Positions 9,763-19,539 of a stretch of DNA of 64,000 nucleotides are shown here, one piece after another; the first letter of the stretch is position 1; the number at the start of each line of letters is the position of its first letter. The position numbers were made by a program, and so were the translations under genes. The notes under the pieces are model-generated. The model did not search any database. It was not told the DNA's origin and saw nothing but the letters and a program-made list of their open reading frames with translations. Source of the DNA: a virus; the IMG/VR virus record IMGVR_UViG_3300032215_000682, positions 1 to 64,000 of that record. The stretch is one strand, 5' to 3'.

Positions 9763-11982
9763 TTGGATAGAGGAAAAGAATTTCTGTCAGAGCTAAAACT
9801 ATACTCTGATTATATGAAATGGAATGATGAACAAAATAGATATGAAACTTGGGAAGAAGCATGTGATGATGTGTTACACGTTCATTATTCAAAATATGGG
9901 GATAGAGTAAAAAAATATATTGATGAAATATCCCCATTTTATAAAAATAAAGACTTTCTTGTAAGTCAGAGAGCTTTACAATTTAGAAATAAAGAACTTC
10001 TAAAAAATAATTGTAGACTTTATAACTGTTCTGTAGCTTATTGCTATAGTCCAAATGTATTTAAAAAAGGATTTTTTATGCTTCTTAGTGGAGCAGGATT
10101 TGGATTGAATTTAAAGAAAAAATATGTTTCTCAGCTTCCTAAAATTAATAAAAGAGGGAAAGAAACTATTACATTTACAATTCCTGATTCTATTGAAGGA
10201 TGGTGTGAAGCTATACATGTTTTAATAAGCTCTTATTGTATACATTCTTCTTTATATAAAGAATATTATGGAAAGAAGATAAGAATGGATTATTCTCTAA
10301 TTAGAGAAGAAGGTTCTTTTATATCAGGGGGATTTAAAGCTCCAGGGCATAAAGGACTTCAACAATCATTGGAAGCTATAGAAGATTTTATTGAGAAACA
10401 ATTAGGAGAAAATTCTTCAATTATATTTAGATCTTTTATTGCTTATAATATATTTATGCATCTTTCTAACTCTGTACTTTCAGGAGGTGTTAGAAGAAGT
10501 TCTATGAATATTATTATTGATGTAGATGATACAGAAATGGTATATGCTAAAACTGGTAATTGGAGACAAACTAATCCTCATTTTGCTAGAAGTAATAATA
10601 GTGTAGGAATGATGAAACATTCCTTTACTATTGGAGAATTTAAATGGCTATTAGATTTAAATCAAGGAGATAACGATATTGGTTTTGTTCTTTTAGAAAG
10701 TGAAGATCAACTTTTAAATCCTTGTTACGAAATTTCTTTTGATTTCTATAATCAAATAACTGATTATAATGACACTGTTATACAAATGTGTAATTTATGT
10801 GAAAATAATGCTTCTAAATTTAAAGATAAAAATGGTAAGTTTGATGTAAATAAGTTTTATACTATATGTAGAATTTCTACAATAGCAGGAACATTACAAG
10901 CAGGGTATACAGATTTTGCTTATCTTGGAGAACAAACAGAAAGAATTGTTAAAGGAGAGGCTTTATTAGGTGTATCAATTACAGGATGGATGGATTGTTT
11001 GGAACTTTTTAATGAAGAAATTCTTAAAAAAGGAGCTGAAATATGTGTAGAAACAAATAAAGAAGTGGCAGAATTTTTAGGAATTAATTATGCTGCTAGA
11101 ATAACTTGCACAAAACCATCTGGAAATGCTAGTGTTGTTCTTAAAACACCTTCTGGTATTCATCCTGAGCATTCTAAGAGGTATTTTAGAATAATGCAAC
11201 TTAATAAGGAAAATGAAATTTCTAAATGGCTTTTAAAGAATTATCCTGAAATGTTAGAGGAGTCTTCATGGAGTCCTACTAAAACAGATTATGTTGTATA
11301 TGTTCCTTGTGAAAATTCTCCTAATGGTAAATTTAAAGATGATTTAAGAGACATAGATCACTTAGCAATGATAAAATTAGTACAAAATTCATGGGTAGTA
11401 AATGGTAAAAATGCTTCTACAGCTTACAATCCTAAGATTAATCATAATGTGTCTAATACAGTGATGATTGATAATAAAGAAGATGTTATTAAATATATTT
11501 TTGAAAATCAAGATAGTTTTGTAGCTGTTTCATTTCTATCAAGATATGGAGATAAAGAATTTAATCAGGCCCCATTTACTTCTGTACTAGATAGCAGTGA
11601 ACTTTTAGAAAAATATGGAAATGGTGTGTTATTTGCATCAGGACTTATTGTAGATGGACTTCATTATTTTAATAATGATTTATGGACTGCTTGTAAATAT
11701 ATTTCTGAAGGAGAGCTTAATTTAAATGACACTAGAGACAAGGTGTTATTACAAAAAGATTGGCTTAGAAGAGCTAAAAAGTTTGCTAAAAACTATTTTG
11801 GAGGTGATGTTAATAAAACAATTTATTGCATAAAAGATGTCCATTTGTATCATAAATGGTGTAATATAAAAAGAACATTTAAAACTCTTCCTGATTTTAG
11901 TGTTCTATTACCAAAACCTGAGTTTAAAAATATAGATACATTAGGAGCAATAGCTTGCGCTGGAGGAAGTTGTGAAATTTGA
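9763..11982 (+). CDS. nrdJ: Class II (adenosylcobalamin-dependent, RTPR-type) ribonucleotide reductase
   Basis: ETWEE, LYNC, GGVRRS, NPCYEI, CNLCE, TCTKPSGNAS, C-terminal ACAGGSCEI; no small-subunit gene adjacent. Confidence 0.88.
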   Translation: MDRGKEFLSELKLYSDYMKWNDEQNRYETWEEACDDVLHVHYSKYGDRVKKYIDEISPFYKNKDFLVSQRALQFRNKELLKNNCRLYNCSVAYCYSPNVFKKGFFMLLSGAGFGLNLKKKYVSQLPKINKRGKETITFTIPDSIEGWCEAIHVLISSYCIHSSLYKEYYGKKIRMDYSLIREEGSFISGGFKAPGHKGLQQSLEAIEDFIEKQLGENSSIIFRSFIAYNIFMHLSNSVLSGGVRRSSMNIIIDVDDTEMVYAKTGNWRQTNPHFARSNNSVGMMKHSFTIGEFKWLLDLNQGDNDIGFVLLESEDQLLNPCYEISFDFYNQITDYNDTVIQMCNLCENNASKFKDKNGKFDVNKFYTICRISTIAGTLQAGYTDFAYLGEQTERIVKGEALLGVSITGWMDCLELFNEEILKKGAEICVETNKEVAEFLGINYAARITCTKPSGNASVVLKTPSGIHPEHSKRYFRIMQLNKENEISKWLLKNYPEMLEESSWSPTKTDYVVYVPCENSPNGKFKDDLRDIDHLAMIKLVQNSWVVNGKNASTAYNPKINHNVSNTVMIDNKEDVIKYIFENQDSFVAVSFLSRYGDKEFNQAPFTSVLDSSELLEKYGNGVLFASGLIVDGLHYFNNDLWTACKYISEGELNLNDTRDKVLLQKDWLRRAKKFAKNYFGGDVNKTIYCIKDVHLYHKWCNIKRTFKTLPDFSVLLPKPEFKNIDTLGAIACAGGSCEI

Positions 11983-11995
11983 AGATAAATAATAA

Positions 11996-12223
11996 ATAAA
12001 ATTAAGAAAAAGAATATTCTACTTTCACTATAACAAACCTGAAAGCACAAAACAAAATAAACCTCAAGTGACAATTCACTATAAAGGTGTATGTCATATA
12101 GTGGATAATTTAGAATGTAATGTAAATACATTTGGGTATATTAGAAAAGAACAACCTAGGTTTATAATTAAAGGAAAATGTAATGAAATTATTTTTGAAA
12201 ATAAAAAAGCTATAATTAATTGA
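11996..12223 (+). CDS. ~73-75 aa phage protein lacking an ATG/GTG/TTG start at its 5' end (not in the ORF track)
   Basis: Open frame IKLRKRIFYFHYNKPESTKQNKPQVTIHYKGVCHIVDNLECNV...QPRFIIKG... ending in TGA that overlaps the next start. Confidence 0.55.
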   Translation: MKLRKRIFYFHYNKPESTKQNKPQVTIHYKGVCHIVDNLECNVNTFGYIRKEQPRFIIKGKCNEIIFENKKAIIN

Positions 12224-12486
12224 AAATCCTAAACATTATAGAAACAACAAGAGGAATAATAAATTCTATAACATCATTTCCTATGGATTATGAACTAGAT
12301 TATATTTTAGATTATGATTCTTATGAAAAAGAAATAGTAAAAAAAGCAGAAAATCTTTTTATTGAGAAAGTTAAACAATTTGATAAGGATATAGATGTTG
12401 AATATTATTTAGAAGAAGCATATTGGGAAGATATGAATGGAAATGAAATTATGTTAATTTGGAGTAATAAAATTGAAAATGACTAA
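12220..12486 (+). CDS. Hypothetical acidic protein (TTG start)
   Basis: 88-aa ORF. Confidence 0.6.
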   Translation: MKILNIIETTRGIINSITSFPMDYELDYILDYDSYEKEIVKKAENLFIEKVKQFDKDIDVEYYLEEAYWEDMNGNEIMLIWSNKIEND

Positions 12487-12512
12487 AAAGTCAAAAGTTG
12501 GATTTTAATAAA

Positions 12513-12544
12513 TTAGGAAATGTCAAATTAATTTTGTATCTTTG
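12513..12544 (+). promoter_or_regulatory. Bacteroidota-type promoter TTAGGAA-N17-TATCTTTG upstream of the HNH gene
   Basis: Matches the -33/-7 (TAnnTTTG) consensus; same spacing as four other copies. Confidence 0.75.
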
Positions 12545-12549
12545 TATTT

Positions 12550-13206
12550 ATGAAAAATTTAATTAGTAAAGAACAAGCTAAATCTTTAAATCAAGTATGG
12601 TATTTTACAGGAAAACCTTGTAAAAATAATCACATTTGTAATAAGTATGTATCTACAGGTGTTTGTTATCAATGTAAAAGAGATAACATGAATAAAGATT
12701 ATTTAAGAAATACTGAAAGAGTTTGTAAAACTAATAACAAGAGTTATAATAAAAATAAAGAAAAAAGAATTAAAAACTCTTTAAATTGGGCTAGTAACAA
12801 TAGAGAGAAATCTAATTTTATAAAAAACAAAAGTAAATTAAAAAATATTCATAAAGTTAGAAAACAAGCTTGTGAATACCAAAAAATAAAAAGACAAGAT
12901 AATTCTACAAGATTATCAAAAAATTTATCTAAAGCTATCTGGAATTGTTTAAAGGCTAGAAAAAATAAACAATCTTGGAAAAATTTAGTAGATTTTACAT
13001 TAGAAGAACTTGTAAGTCATTTACAAAATAGATTTTCAAAAGAAATGACTTGGGAGAATTATGGAAGTTATTGGCATGTAGATCATATTAAACCTTTAAG
13101 TTGGTTTAATTTAGATAAAGAGTTTAAATTGGCATGGTCTTTAGATAATTTACAACCTTTAGAAGCTTCTATAAATTATTCTAAATGTAATAGATATGCA
13201 GGTTAA
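12550..13206 (+). CDS. Free-standing HNH homing endonuclease
   Basis: YFTGKPCKNNH, CYQC, MTWENYG, WHVDHIKP, NLQPL...N. Confidence 0.85.
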   Translation: MKNLISKEQAKSLNQVWYFTGKPCKNNHICNKYVSTGVCYQCKRDNMNKDYLRNTERVCKTNNKSYNKNKEKRIKNSLNWASNNREKSNFIKNKSKLKNIHKVRKQACEYQKIKRQDNSTRLSKNLSKAIWNCLKARKNKQSWKNLVDFTLEELVSHLQNRFSKEMTWENYGSYWHVDHIKPLSWFNLDKEFKLAWSLDNLQPLEASINYSKCNRYAG

Positions 13207-13231
13207 TTGAAATTAAGTAATAAATAAAAGT

Positions 13232-13615
13232 TTGAAAGAACAAATAAAAAAAGTGGAAGAATTCCAGAAAATGTTTGAAATTGGTAATAATTATTCACCT
13301 TGTCTAATAGATAAAGATGAATTTTTACTAAGACATAAACTTGGAATGGAGGAGTTGGATGAATATCTTGATGCTTGTATTAAAGGTGATATTATAAGCA
13401 TCTCAGATGCTCTTGGTGACCAGTTATACATCTTATGTGGTACAATACTAAGACATGGACTTCAAGAGCTTATAGAGCCTATATTTGAGGAGATACATTT
13501 TTCAAATTTAACGAAGCTAGAAAATGGAATTCCTAAGAGAAGGGCAGATGGAAAAATTATTAAAGGTGCTAATTATAAAGCTCCAAATCTTAAACCAATA
13601 ATATATGGAGAATAA
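13232..13615 (+). CDS. MazG-like / PRA-PH family NTP pyrophosphohydrolase
   Basis: EELDEY, DALGDQLY, EIHFSNLTK, DGKIIKG. Confidence 0.85.
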   Translation: MKEQIKKVEEFQKMFEIGNNYSPCLIDKDEFLLRHKLGMEELDEYLDACIKGDIISISDALGDQLYILCGTILRHGLQELIEPIFEEIHFSNLTKLENGIPKRRADGKIIKGANYKAPNLKPIIYGE

Positions 13616-13904
13616 TAAAATGAATAAAACTGATGAAATTAGATTTATACCAATAACAGGTAGTATGAATAAAATAATAGTGTTAAGAGATAAACCTATT
13701 GAAATTACTAATGGAGGAATAATCCTTGGGTACAAAGATCCTCCTAACACTGGCATTGTTATTTCAATTAGTGAAAAAGATGATGTTGAATTAAAAGCTG
13801 GTGATAAAATACAATTTAGTCCACATGGAGGAACACCTGTTAAAATTGATGATGTTGAATATTTAGTGATGATTGAAAGAGATGTTTTGTTAAAATTTAT
13901 TTAA
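13605..13904 (+). CDS. groES: GroES/Cpn10-like co-chaperonin
   Basis: TNGGIIL, GIVISI, LKAGDKIQF, GTPVKIDDVEYLVM..RDVL. Confidence 0.8.
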   Translation: MENNKMNKTDEIRFIPITGSMNKIIVLRDKPIEITNGGIILGYKDPPNTGIVISISEKDDVELKAGDKIQFSPHGGTPVKIDDVEYLVMIERDVLLKFI

Positions 13905-13938
13905 CAAAAATTGAAATTTATATAAATAAATAAAATAA

Positions 13939-14109
13939 ATGAATAATAAAGCAATAGAACTATTACAAGATGTACTTCTTTGTACATTTAATGAAGAAGA
14001 ACAAGATAAGGAAATTTATGAATATCTTAAACAAGAAGGAAGTGTTCCTGAAGATTTTATTCCTTATTGGGAAGGAGAAGATGATTTAATTGAAAGTGAT
14101 GAAGACTAA
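13939..14109 (+). CDS. 56-aa acidic protein (not in the ORF track)
   Basis: MNNKAIELLQDVLLCTFNEEEQDKEIYEYLKQEG...ESDED; A-rich leader; followed by a terminator. Confidence 0.6.
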   Translation: MNNKAIELLQDVLLCTFNEEEQDKEIYEYLKQEGSVPEDFIPYWEGEDDLIESDED

Positions 14110-14118
14110 ATAAAAAAT

Positions 14119-14148
14119 AAGAGAGCTTTGAAATATAGGCTCTCTTTT
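14119..14148 (+). terminator. Rho-independent terminator
   Basis: AAGAGAGC / GCTCTCTT stem followed by a T tract. Confidence 0.65.
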
Positions 14149-14159
14149 AAATTAATAAT

Positions 14160-14849
14160 ATGAAGATTTTGGCCATTAGTGACACACATGCACAACATTC
14201 TCATTTTCCAAAAGATTATTTTGATGGTATAGACATGGTAATACATGCAGGAGATGAAAGTAATTATAGAGATCCTATAATGAATGAATTTGAATGTTTT
14301 GATTTTTTGAATTGGTATAAAAATATACCAGTGAAGTATAAAATATTTGTAGCAGGTAATCATAGTTTAGCTATATTTAATAAAAGAATACCTAGAAAGT
14401 TTATAGAAGATATGGGTGTAATATATCTTGAAAATGAATCTGTAGAAATAGAAGGAATAAATATTTGGGGAAGTCCTTATTCTCCTACATTTGGAGATTG
14501 GTGGTTTATGAAAGCAAGAGATAAAATAAATGATATATGGAAAAATATTCCTGAAAATACAAATATTTTAATAACACATACACCTCCTAAAGGAATATTA
14601 GATTTATCATTTGATAGAGAAGGAACATTAGAATTTTGTGGATGTAAGTCTCTTATGAGACATGTGGAGAGGGTGCAACCATCTTATCATATATTTGGAC
14701 ATATTCATACTATGGAAGGTGTAATAAATGCTGGAATAAGAACTCTACCATATTTAAAAACTAAATTTATTAATGCTTCTTGTGTTACAGATGGTAAGTT
14801 TAATATGGGACTTTCTAGTATGGGAGAAAAATTTGAATTTAATAAATAA
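14160..14849 (+). CDS. Calcineurin-like metallophosphoesterase
   Basis: ISDTH, HAGD, AGNH, THTPP, FGHIH. Confidence 0.9.
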   Translation: MKILAISDTHAQHSHFPKDYFDGIDMVIHAGDESNYRDPIMNEFECFDFLNWYKNIPVKYKIFVAGNHSLAIFNKRIPRKFIEDMGVIYLENESVEIEGINIWGSPYSPTFGDWWFMKARDKINDIWKNIPENTNILITHTPPKGILDLSFDREGTLEFCGCKSLMRHVERVQPSYHIFGHIHTMEGVINAGIRTLPYLKTKFINASCVTDGKFNMGLSSMGEKFEFNK

Positions 14850-14855
14850 AAATAG

Positions 14856-15164
14856 ATGAATAAAGATTTATTTGGAAATGATATTCCTTGTACAGATAAA
14901 ATAATAGAACAAGTTGTTGCTAAATTAAGAAGTAGAAGTAATATAGGTCTTAAAAAGTATAATACAACTGTTTGGGAAAATGTAGATGAAAATTATGAAA
15001 ATCATCTTTTAGAGGAATTATTAGATGCTTGTGTGTACCAAACCCAAAAAATAAGACTTGGAGAATTCACTACTAGAATGATAAAACTAATAGAAAGCAC
15101 TCCTAATGATAAAGAACTTGGAGAAGAAATTAGAAAAGAATATTTTAAATTAATGGAAATATGA
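14856..15164 (+). CDS. Small all-alpha phage protein, MazG-like
   Basis: RSNIGLKKYNTT and HLLEELLDACVY motifs. Confidence 0.6.
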   Translation: MNKDLFGNDIPCTDKIIEQVVAKLRSRSNIGLKKYNTTVWENVDENYENHLLEELLDACVYQTQKIRLGEFTTRMIKLIESTPNDKELGEEIRKEYFKLMEI

Positions 15165-15256
15165 TAAATTAGAAAGAAAAGGCTTTGATAAAAAAGCTTC
15201 TTTTAGAAATTTAAAACATAGAATAAAATAATTGAAAATAATTAACAAAAAGTTAA

Positions 15257-16990
15257 TTGAAAACAAAAAAAGAAGGAATTGTAAAAATCTTGTGTTTAGA
15301 TCAAGAGCATAGTGGGAGCAGATTCCACAGATTGGTGCTCCCATACAAAGAATTACAAGGAAAACAAATTGATATAGGAGAAGAAAAAGCTACATTAGAA
15401 ATATCATTTAGACAATGTAATGTATATGAATATGTACTACTAGAAGATGATTTTAAAAATAATGATGTAATTGTAGTGAATTGGGTGTATTTTAATCCAA
15501 TTATAGAAATATCAGAGTGGAAAACTAAATATAATTGTGCTTTAGTGCAGGATATTGATGACTGGATTGAATTACCTAAGTCACATATTAATAGTGGTTC
15601 TAATTATGAGAAACTAATACCTCAAGCTGTAATAGCAGATGTTGTTACAACAAGCACAGAAAGACTATCAGCTCATTTTATACAATTTAATGATATGGTG
15701 TCTATTAGTCCTAATTATTTACCAAATAAAGGACAATTTGTAGAAAAACCTGAAAGAAAAAAAGGAAAAGTGGTATTAGGATTTTGTGGAGGTGTTTCAC
15801 ATTATAATGATTGGATGAGCATTAAAAATGTCATAAACAAAATATGTAATGATAAAACTATACAAGAAAAATGTAAATTTGTATTAGCAGGATATTCTGA
15901 TAATAAATGGTGGAATGAAGTGAAAGCAATGTTTGATAAAAAGAATATTGAATTAGAAATTGTTAATGCTCTTTCTGTTGAAGAGTATATGAAAGCTTAT
16001 GACAGTATTGACATACTTTTAGCCCCTCTAATCCCATCAGAATATGCTGAATGTAAAAGTGCTTTAAAAGTGATAGAATGTGGAATTAAACACATACCAA
16101 TTATAGGTTCTCCTATATATTTAACAAAAGAGGTACCATGTGTATTACCAGCAGATAGTCCTAAAAGCTATTTAGATGCTATTTTAGACCTTATTAATGA
16201 TGATAAGTATATTTCTGTAGGAAAAGAAATGAATGAGGCTGTAATGGCTTTAAATCATTTTGATAAAAGAATAGAAAATCTTGGTTCTATAATAGAATAT
16301 TTAATGAATGAAGATTTGGAAAAGGTACCTGAAAATTTGAAAATTACAGGAATATGTTATAAAGAAGAACAATTTACACCTTTTAACAAATATTTAAATG
16401 TAAATAAAGAATTTCCTTGGAGATTTGAGTATCAAGTGATGCTAAATAAACTTGAAGAAATTAAAGCCTATAAAGAAACAGATTATGTAGGATTTTTGTC
16501 TCATAAATTTCAAACTAAAACAGGAATTCCTGCTAAAGTGTTGTATAAAATGTGGGAAGAAATTCAAAATATTGATGAATATGATTTTGTTAATCTAGCT
16601 CCTACTTATTGGCATTCTGGTAAAGGTTATTTAATCTTTAGTGAAGTACAACATTGTGGGCTTACTAATTTAGTAATAAGAACATGTAATCATTTGGGTA
16701 TTAAATATAATGATAATCCAGAGTGTGTAACATATTCTAATTTCTTTTTAATGAAGAGAGATGTATATATAGATTATTTAGAAAATTATATTATTCCAGC
16801 TATTAAATTTCTTGAAAATGAAATTTGGGAAGATGTTAATAGAGATGCAGGATATGTTGGAGGACTTTCAAGAGAAGAGTTATTTAAAGCTTGTGGATTA
16901 ACACATTATAACTTTTTAACATTTATTCTTGAGAGGCTGGTATTACAATATATTTCTCATAAAAAATTGAAATTTATAAATACAATATAA
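15257..16990 (+). CDS. Two-domain glycosyltransferase: N-terminal GT-B (GT4-like) plus a C-terminal putative sugar-enzyme domain
   Basis: GSRFHRLVLP, DIDD, ADVVTTST, DILLAPL, CKSALKVIE; C-terminal YVGFLSHKF, YSNFF, FILERL. Confidence 0.75.
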   Translation: MKTKKEGIVKILCLDQEHSGSRFHRLVLPYKELQGKQIDIGEEKATLEISFRQCNVYEYVLLEDDFKNNDVIVVNWVYFNPIIEISEWKTKYNCALVQDIDDWIELPKSHINSGSNYEKLIPQAVIADVVTTSTERLSAHFIQFNDMVSISPNYLPNKGQFVEKPERKKGKVVLGFCGGVSHYNDWMSIKNVINKICNDKTIQEKCKFVLAGYSDNKWWNEVKAMFDKKNIELEIVNALSVEEYMKAYDSIDILLAPLIPSEYAECKSALKVIECGIKHIPIIGSPIYLTKEVPCVLPADSPKSYLDAILDLINDDKYISVGKEMNEAVMALNHFDKRIENLGSIIEYLMNEDLEKVPENLKITGICYKEEQFTPFNKYLNVNKEFPWRFEYQVMLNKLEEIKAYKETDYVGFLSHKFQTKTGIPAKVLYKMWEEIQNIDEYDFVNLAPTYWHSGKGYLIFSEVQHCGLTNLVIRTCNHLGIKYNDNPECVTYSNFFLMKRDVYIDYLENYIIPAIKFLENEIWEDVNRDAGYVGGLSREELFKACGLTHYNFLTFILERLVLQYISHKKLKFINTI

Positions 16991-17253
16991 TGATAGAAGA
17001 ATCAGCTAAAAAAGCCAGCTTAATACTAAAAAGAAAATCAGAATTAAATGAAGATTTGTCTAAATTAATGAATCTTAGAGATTTAAATATATTTGTAGAA
17101 GAAAAAACTGAAGAATGTTATCTTTATTATGGATATGGAGATAAACAACACTTGTCTAAAGATTTAAAAGATAAAATAGTAAATCTTCTATTAGAAGAGA
17201 TAAATAAAGAACTTCAAGAATTAGATGGTCAATTGAAAATGTTAAATTGTTAA
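16990..17253 (+). CDS. Hypothetical protein
   Basis: 87 aa, translationally coupled. Confidence 0.6.
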   Translation: MIEESAKKASLILKRKSELNEDLSKLMNLRDLNIFVEEKTEECYLYYGYGDKQHLSKDLKDKIVNLLLEEINKELQELDGQLKMLNC

Positions 17254-17254
17254 A

Positions 17255-17446
17255 ATGAATATAACAGGATGGCCTTTAGGAGAAAATGATTTAATAGAAG
17301 CTTATGAGGAGTACATTAAAATTCTTTATAGAAAAATAAATGATATATCAAAAACAGAAAATTATTTAGACTCTAAATTTACAAAAGAAACTATGAAAGC
17401 AAGAAAAAATATTGAAGATATTAAAAAGAAATTAAAAAATGGATAA
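17255..17446 (+). CDS. Hypothetical protein
   Basis: 63 aa, coupled. Confidence 0.55.
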   Translation: MNITGWPLGENDLIEAYEEYIKILYRKINDISKTENYLDSKFTKETMKARKNIEDIKKKLKNG

Positions 17447-18164
17447 TTTATTAGAAGTTTTTGTTACAACATGGAATAATGAAGCTATTATACAAGATTT
17501 TATTGATTGGTACAGAGATAGGATTCCTAATTGTAGGATAACAATGTATGATAATATGTCTTCAGATAACACTGTTGAGATTTGTAAAAATAATGGATGT
17601 AATGTAATATCATTTGATACAAATGGAAAAATGGATGAATCTAAATTAATGGAAATTAGAAATAATTGTTGGAAAGAATCTAAATGTGAATATGTATGTA
17701 TTGTTGATTCAGATGAACTTGTAGATATAAATGAAGAAATTCTTAAAGAATTTAAATTCAATATTATTAAATGTACAGGATATGAAATGTTTGGAAATGA
17801 GGGAGATAAATTAGAAGATTTAGTGTATGGTGTACCTAGCATTGGCTATTCTAAAACAGCTATTTTCCACAAAGATTCTATTGAAAAAATAAATTATGGA
17901 GCAGGAAGTCATTCCTGTTCTCCTATTTCTACTAATAATAAAGGTGTAAGAGAACAATTAGTATATAATGATGTTGAAATACCTCTTTATCATACTAAAT
18001 GGAGAAGTTGGTCTAATGGTATTGGAAAAGCTCATGAAATAGCTCCTAGAAGAAGTGAGGGGGATATATTAAAAGGATGGAATTTCCATTATTCATTACA
18101 TGATAATGTTCATATGGATTATTATAGGTCAGGAATGAAAAATAGAATTAAAATAAAAGAATGA
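17439..18164 (+). CDS. GT-A fold (GT2-like) glycosyltransferase
   Basis: TTWNNE, YDNMSSDNT, DxD motif VDSDE. Confidence 0.8.
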   Translation: MDNLLEVFVTTWNNEAIIQDFIDWYRDRIPNCRITMYDNMSSDNTVEICKNNGCNVISFDTNGKMDESKLMEIRNNCWKESKCEYVCIVDSDELVDINEEILKEFKFNIIKCTGYEMFGNEGDKLEDLVYGVPSIGYSKTAIFHKDSIEKINYGAGSHSCSPISTNNKGVREQLVYNDVEIPLYHTKWRSWSNGIGKAHEIAPRRSEGDILKGWNFHYSLHDNVHMDYYRSGMKNRIKIKE

Positions 18165-18430
18165 AAGAAGAAATAGAAAGAATAATTAAAGAATTTTCTT
18201 TTCAATATGATGATAATGCTGAAGAAATTGTTATAAGTAAGGTAGGTTTAAAAACTACTTGTACAAACTTAGCTAGATTCATACAAGAAAGAGAAGAAAA
18301 AGCCTTTATAATAGGAGCATTAATTAAAGATGAATATAGTGTTATTAATAATGACGGTGAAATTGTAGATGATCCCTATATTATAGCTAATTTTGAAGAT
18401 TATAAAAATTCAAAAGAATATTCTTTATGA
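18161..18430 (+). CDS. Hypothetical protein
   Basis: 89 aa, ATGA overlap. Confidence 0.6.
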   Translation: MKEEIERIIKEFSFQYDDNAEEIVISKVGLKTTCTNLARFIQEREEKAFIIGALIKDEYSVINNDGEIVDDPYIIANFEDYKNSKEYSL

Positions 18431-18663
18431 GTTTGTTTGAACAATATAAAAAGTATTATTACATTTATAATCATGCTTTATTAAAATTAAATAATATAAA
18501 ATATAGAAAAACAATGATAAATAAAATAAAAGAAAAAGATGTTTCAATAGAACAATTGGAGCATAGTACATCATTTCTTCTTATTATAGGAGATAAACAA
18601 CAATGGGTTAGTGTTAGAGACTTGTTGAATTTGAAAATAGTGCTAGATCAATGGAATGACTAA
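18427..18663 (+). CDS. Hypothetical protein
   Basis: 78 aa, ATGA overlap. Confidence 0.5.
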   Translation: MSLFEQYKKYYYIYNHALLKLNNIKYRKTMINKIKEKDVSIEQLEHSTSFLLIIGDKQQWVSVRDLLNLKIVLDQWND

Positions 18664-18823
18664 AGAATATTTAAAAACATTATGTGAAAAAATAGAATCT
18701 TCTAATATGGATTCAAAATGGAAATATGTTGTACAATTACAACTAAAAAACTATTTTAAATCAACAGAAGATATAAATAAATTGAAAAAAGCATTTAATA
18801 TAATTAAAGAATATGGAGAATAG
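18656..18823 (+). CDS. 55-aa hypothetical protein (not in the ORF track)
   Basis: MTKEYLKTLCEKIESS...IIKEYGE; overlaps both neighbours and fills the gap. Confidence 0.55.
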   Translation: MTKEYLKTLCEKIESSNMDSKWKYVVQLQLKNYFKSTEDINKLKKAFNIIKEYGE

Positions 18824-19175
18824 AAAACAGAAAAAAGATTGGCTTAATATTCCAGATGATTGGGAAGAAATATTAGAAGGATCTTTTGAGCAGGTAATAA
18901 CAAGAATTAGAGATTTAAAGCAAAATTGTATTGATAGATATGGAGATAAATATTCTAATTATGAAATTTCTACAGATTATTATGATGAAGGAGGATTTAA
19001 AGTAGAAGTATATGGAATTAGAGAAGAAAATGATGCTGAATTAGCTAATAGACTTGCTTCTGAAGAAAGAATAAGAATTCAACAAAAGAAGAATAATATA
19101 TTAAGAGAACAAAAAGAATTACAAGAATATCAAAGATTAAAATTAAAATATGAGTGCACCAATAATACACAGTAA
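18813..19175 (+). CDS. Hypothetical protein with a C-terminal coiled coil
   Basis: REENDAE...ELQEYQRLKLKY. Confidence 0.65.
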   Translation: MENRKQKKDWLNIPDDWEEILEGSFEQVITRIRDLKQNCIDRYGDKYSNYEISTDYYDEGGFKVEVYGIREENDAELANRLASEERIRIQQKKNNILREQKELQEYQRLKLKYECTNNTQ

Positions 19176-19539
19176 ATCCTCACAGAAAAAATGGGGTGGA
19201 AAAGTAGAAGATTATTTATCAATTCATGAATTAATGGACTCTACTAAAGGAGCTTTTCCAGATAACAGGCATAGATGTATTACACATAACATTTGGTTTT
19301 GTGTTAATATAATTCCTAGAATATTTGGACAGGAAGCCATTAATTCAGATGGAAAATATTATATACCTAAGGATGTAGCAGAATTACATATTTTAGAAGA
19401 TTATAGAATGAAATTTATTCCTAGTATTCAAGATTATTTAGAAAATATGGAAATGAAACCTTGGATGCAAAATGGACTAGGAGAAATTCCTAATAGTAGA
19501 AATAAATTGAAAATGGTAGAATTAAATATAATAGACTAA
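19150..19539 (+). CDS. DUF6915-like His-rich protein
   Basis: PIIHSKSS..KWGG..EDY..IH..MDSTK...DNRHR..TH...AELHILED. Confidence 0.7.
   Translation: MSAPIIHSKSSQKKWGGKVEDYLSIHELMDSTKGAFPDNRHRCITHNIWFCVNIIPRIFGQEAINSDGKYYIPKDVAELHILEDYRMKFIPSIQDYLENMEMKPWMQNGLGEIPNSRNKLKMVELNIID

Noticed and set aside
9763-11982. Intein or intron in nrdJ (also looked for in the RNAP gene)
   Set aside because: Continuous frames, normal motif spacing, no intein splice motifs or LAGLIDADG block recognised
15151-15256. Possible frameshift extension (WKYDKLERKG...) of the 14856-15164 gene
   Set aside because: Only ~25 codons, no clear slippery site and no supporting motif
401-17842. Short minus-strand ORFs in the left half of the track (e.g. 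2930-3250, 3201-3593, 17432-17842)
   Set aside because: Antisense shadows of well-supported + strand genes with F/I/L/S-rich, non-protein-like composition
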